NCBI GenBank assembly: GCA_965205265.1
Contig: CBDBGH010000003.1
Span: forward strand, 2,560,001 to 2,624,000
Length of the DNA: 64,000 bases
Direction: 5' to 3'
Origin: Alphaproteobacteria bacterium
Lineage (GTDB): Bacteria; Pseudomonadota; Alphaproteobacteria; Bin95
Below are positions 60,727 through 64,000 of this stretch, piece after piece. The notes under the pieces were generated by a model. The model searched no databases. It was not told the origin of the DNA and was given only the letters and a program-made list of their open reading frames with translations. Numbering within the stretch: the first letter of the stretch is position 1; each line of letters starts with the position of its first letter. Position numbers and translations under genes: made by a program.

Positions 60727-61536
60727 CTACCACCCCTCCCCCGCTTCATACAGCGCCCGCAGCCCTTCCCGGTAGCCCGGATAGCTGAGGCGGACGCCGA
60801 GTTCGGCCTTGATGCGGGCGTTGGAGACGCGCTTGCTGTCCCGGTAGAAGCTGGCGGCCATGGGCGAGAGGTCCGCGCTCTCGAAGGGCTCGGCCGGAGG
60901 CGGCTCCAGACCGAGCAGGCGGCAGGCGAATTCGGTGACTGCCGCGGGCGGGGCCGGCCTGTCGTCGGCGAGATTGTAGGCGCGGCCGGGATTCGGGCGC
61001 GCGATGGAGGCCGCCAGCACCGCCGCGATGTCGTCCACATGGATGCGGGAGAACACCTGGCCCGGCTTGACGATCCGCCGCGCCCGCCCGGCCCTCGCGG
61101 CCGCCAGCGCGTTGCGGCCGGGCCCGTAAATGCCCGCGATGCGAAACACATGCAGCGGCAGGCCGAACGCGCGCCACGCGGCTTCCGCCTGCACCCGCCG
61201 GCGGCCCCGTTCCCCCGTCGGCAGGAGCGGGCTTTCCTCATCGACCCAGCCGCCGCCCCGGTCCCCGTAAACGCCGGTGGTCGAGAGGTAGCCTGCCCAG
61301 AGGAGCCCCGGCGGCGCCTCGAAGCCTGGCAGGAAGGGGTCGCCCGCTTCGCCCGGCGGGGCGGAGACGAGGAGATGCGTCGCCCCGGCCCGCCCGAAGC
61401 GGTTCCAGCCGCGCGCGGCGAAGCGCTCCGCCTTGCCGGGATCGCGCGTCGTGCCCGCGATCTCCCAGCCCTCCGACGCCAGCCGGAGCGCCAGCCGCTC
61501 CGCCGAATAGCCGAGGCCGTGGACGAAAAGCCTCAC
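60727..61536 (-). CDS. NAD(P)-dependent epimerase/SDR family protein
   Basis: GLGYSA, YLSTTGVYGD, RIAGIYGPGR, RIHVDDI. GTG start at 61536. Confidence 0.9.
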   Translation of the reverse strand: MRLFVHGLGYSAERLALRLASEGWEIAGTTRDPGKAERFAARGWNRFGRAGATHLLVSAPPGEAGDPFLPGFEAPPGLLWAGYLSTTGVYGDRGGGWVDEESPLLPTGERGRRRVQAEAAWRAFGLPLHVFRIAGIYGPGRNALAAARAGRARRIVKPGQVFSRIHVDDIAAVLAASIARPNPGRAYNLADDRPAPPAAVTEFACRLLGLEPPPAEPFESADLSPMAASFYRDSKRVSNARIKAELGVRLSYPGYREGLRALYEAGEGW

Positions 61537-61540
61537 CGGC

Positions 61541-62209
61541 TCAGAAGTCGAGGTCCGCGTAATGGGGGGCCGGCCGCCAGCCCGGCACCCGGTCCGACAG
61601 CAGCGGCCGGACCGACGGGCGCGACTTGAACCGCGCATACCATTCATACGCCGTCGGATGATCGGGCCAGGAAACCGCGCCCATATAGTCGAGCGAGGAC
61701 AGATGTGCGCCGGCCGCAACATCGGCAAGCAAGAAATGGTCGCCTGCCAGCCAGTGCCGCTCCGACAGCAGCATGTCGATATAGCGCAGATGCTGCTCCA
61801 GATTGAGCACGCCGGCGCGCACGAATTCCGAATTCGGCGGCCCGTGCCCCGCCAACCGTTTCATGATGCGCTCGCGGTAGAGGTAGTCGGTCACTTCGGA
61901 CGCGAATTTGGCGTCGAACCAGAGGGCGAGGCGGCGGATTTCCGCCCTTGCCACGGGCCCTGCGTCCAGCAACATCGGGGCTTCGGCCGTCTCCTCCAGA
62001 TATTCGACGATGGCCTGGCTCTCCGCCAGCGCATGGCCGTCGTCCAGCAGCAGCACCGGCACCGTCCCCGCCGGATTGAGTGCGACGAAGGCCTCGCGCC
62101 GCTCCCAGACCGGTTCTTCCTCCAGCGCGAACGGGACCTTGAGCTCGCCCAGCACGACACGAACCTTGCGGCAATAGGGCGAGAGCGGCAGATGAAGCAG
62201 GGTCGTCAT
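61541..62209 (-). CDS. fzlA: Glutathione S-transferase family protein (FzlA-like)
   Basis: LSPYCRKVR, LNPAGTVPVL, WFDAKF..EV, KSRPS.RPLL, HYADLDF C-terminus. Confidence 0.8.
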   Translation of the reverse strand: MTTLLHLPLSPYCRKVRVVLGELKVPFALEEEPVWERREAFVALNPAGTVPVLLLDDGHALAESQAIVEYLEETAEAPMLLDAGPVARAEIRRLALWFDAKFASEVTDYLYRERIMKRLAGHGPPNSEFVRAGVLNLEQHLRYIDMLLSERHWLAGDHFLLADVAAGAHLSSLDYMGAVSWPDHPTAYEWYARFKSRPSVRPLLSDRVPGWRPAPHYADLDF

Positions 62210-62296
62210 ATACGCCACCGGATGCGGTGCCGCAGTTTAACCCGCAACGGCACGCCGGTGCTATATCCTCACGGCCTTCCGGGGTCGGGATCGCCC

Positions 62297-63106
62297 TTGC
62301 CGCTATACCTCATCGTCCTTCTCGCGCTCGTCCAGGGCGTAACCGAGTTCCTGCCGGTCAGCTCCTCGGCGCATCTGGTGCTCGTCCACGCCGCTTTCGG
62401 GGAGCACCGCCCGGAGGAGGCCGCCGCGCTTGTCCTCGATGTCGCAGTGCATCTCGGCACGCTCGGCGCGGTGCTGGTCTATTTCCGCCGCGATATCGCC
62501 CGGCTGGCCGCCGCGGGCCTCGCAGGCCTCGCCGGACCCCGGCCCGAGGGCTGGGCGCTCGGCTGGCAGGTGGCGGCGGCGGCGGTTCCGGTCGCGGGCG
62601 CGGGCGCGCTGCTCAAGGACACGGTCGCGGCGGACCTCCGCAGCATCGAGGTAATCGCCTGGGCCACGCTTCTGTTCGGCCTGGTCCTCTGGGCCGCCGA
62701 CCGCTGGGGCCAGCGGACGAAACGGCTCGATTCGCTGCGCCTGCCCCATGCGCTCGCCATCGGCACGGCGCAGGTCCTGGCGCTGGCGCCGGGGGTCAGC
62801 CGCTCCGGCATCACCATGACGGCGGCGCTGGCGCTGGGCTTCGAGCGGGCGGAGGCGGCGCGCTTCTCCCTCCTGCTCTCGATCCCGGTCATTCTGGGCG
62901 CCGGGCTGTGGACCGCACGGGACCTGGCCCGCATGGGCGACCCCTCCATCGCGGCGGCCGCCGGGCTTGCCGCCCTTCTGGCCTTCCTGGCCGCGTTGGC
63001 AGCGATTGCCGCGATGATGCGCTGGCTCGCCCGCGCGAGCTTCGCGCCCTTCGTCGTCTATCGCCTCCTGCTCGGCGGGCTGCTGCTCGCCTGGGCCTAT
63101 TCCTGA
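62297..63106 (+). CDS. uppP: Undecaprenyl-diphosphate phosphatase
   Basis: QGVTEFLPVSSSAHL, PGVSRSGIT, AARFS, F..YR. TTG start inferred. Confidence 0.95.
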   Translation: MPLYLIVLLALVQGVTEFLPVSSSAHLVLVHAAFGEHRPEEAAALVLDVAVHLGTLGAVLVYFRRDIARLAAAGLAGLAGPRPEGWALGWQVAAAAVPVAGAGALLKDTVAADLRSIEVIAWATLLFGLVLWAADRWGQRTKRLDSLRLPHALAIGTAQVLALAPGVSRSGITMTAALALGFERAEAARFSLLLSIPVILGAGLWTARDLARMGDPSIAAAAGLAALLAFLAALAAIAAMMRWLARASFAPFVVYRLLLGGLLLAWAYS

Positions 63107-63139
63107 CCTTCCGGCCCGCAGGAAGAAAGGACCGCCCCC

Positions 63140-64000
63140 GTGACCGCTCTCGAAGGCATTCGCGTCGTCGATCTCACCCGCGTGCTGTCCGGCCCCTGGT
63201 GCGCGATGCAGCTTGCCGATCTCGGCGCGGAGGTGCTCAAGATCGAGAACCCCGCCGGCGGCGACGACACGCGCAGCTTCCTCTCTCCCGCCCGGGACGG
63301 CCACTCGACCTATTTCCTGACCGTCAACCGCAACAAGAAGAGCGTTGCCGTCGACATCACCCGGCCGGAGGGCGCCGAAATCGTGCGGGAGCTTGCGCGC
63401 CGCTCCGACGTGCTGCTGGAGAACGCGCGCACCGGCACGCTTGACCGGCGGGGCCTCGGCCACGAAGCGCTGGCGGCGGAAAATCCGGGCCTCGTCTATT
63501 GCTCCGTCTCCGGCTACGGGCGCAGCGGCACGCTCGCCGACAGGCCCGGCTACGACCCCGTGGCGCAGGGCGAGAGCGGCTTCATGTCGCTGACCGGCGA
63601 GCCCGACGGCCCGCCCATGCGCACCGGCGTATCGCTGGTGGACATCATGGCCGGCATGTATGCGGCCCAGGCGGTGCTGGCGGCCCTGGTCGCGCGCGGG
63701 CGCACCGGCCGGGGCCAGCGCATCGACGTGCCGCTGTTCGACACCGCCGTCGCCATGACCTCCCACGCCGCGACCGCCTGGCTCGAAGGCAGGGTGGATA
63801 TCGGCCGGCCGGGGAACTCGAACCTTGTTGCGATGCCCGCCGGCCTGTTCGAGGCCTCGGACGGGCCGGTGATGATTACGGTGACGACCGACCGGCTGTT
63901 CCGGCGCCTGGCTGCGGAAGTGTTCCGCCGCCCCGAACTCGCCGACGACCCGGCTTACGCGACCAATGCCGCGCGCATGGAAAACCGCGCGGCGCTGACC
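63140..64000 (+). CDS. CaiB/BaiF family CoA-transferase (truncated by window end)
   Basis: LEGIRVVDLTRVLSGP, LADLGAEVLKIE, NRNKKS, PGYD; no stop before 64000. Confidence 0.93.
   Translation, partial: MTALEGIRVVDLTRVLSGPWCAMQLADLGAEVLKIENPAGGDDTRSFLSPARDGHSTYFLTVNRNKKSVAVDITRPEGAEIVRELARRSDVLLENARTGTLDRRGLGHEALAAENPGLVYCSVSGYGRSGTLADRPGYDPVAQGESGFMSLTGEPDGPPMRTGVSLVDIMAGMYAAQAVLAALVARGRTGRGQRIDVPLFDTAVAMTSHAATAWLEGRVDIGRPGNSNLVAMPAGLFEASDGPVMITVTTDRLFRRLAAEVFRRPELADDPAYATNAARMENRAALT

Overview
High-GC window, probably alphaproteobacterial (Rhodospirillales-like, with repeat-rich surface proteins typical of host-associated lineages). Positions 1 to ~38.2 kb, almost all on the minus strand, hold an F-type conjugative element, probably an ICE, although no integrase or att site is visible. 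In transcription order it carries: a >3,500-aa FN3/cadherin/Calx-beta/Ig autotransporter-like adhesin whose upstream ATG is out of frame across a (GCCGAGC)6 tract; an FseA-like (DUF6499/DUF2285) activator split by a -1 frameshift; a single ORF fusing an RdfS/excisionase-like HTH to the TraA pilin; traLEKBVC; a degenerate HD protein; trbI-trhF-traW-ssb-traU-trbC-traNFHG; a convergent candidate entry-exclusion gene; traD; a MOBF traI; an RHH protein; an HTH Rep-like protein; and an AbiF/HEPN gene preceded by an abiF-like RNA hairpin. About twelve copies of a ~25-bp palindrome lie in this region, most of them inside tra ORFs. Positions 38.5-64 kb hold chromosomal-type metabolic genes (hydantoinase A/B, enoyl-CoA hydratase, CitE, SDR, cyclase, rhodanese, sigma54 amtB-glnK, LLMs, E1a/E1b/E2, proline racemase family, LysE, GNAT, aminotransferase, GST, uppP, CoA-transferase). 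These are interrupted by two oppositely oriented copies of an unnamed cassette: promoter, conserved GC-rich leader, orphan ORF and CATGACATTT repeats. All protein calls come from motif recognition by eye, not database searches.
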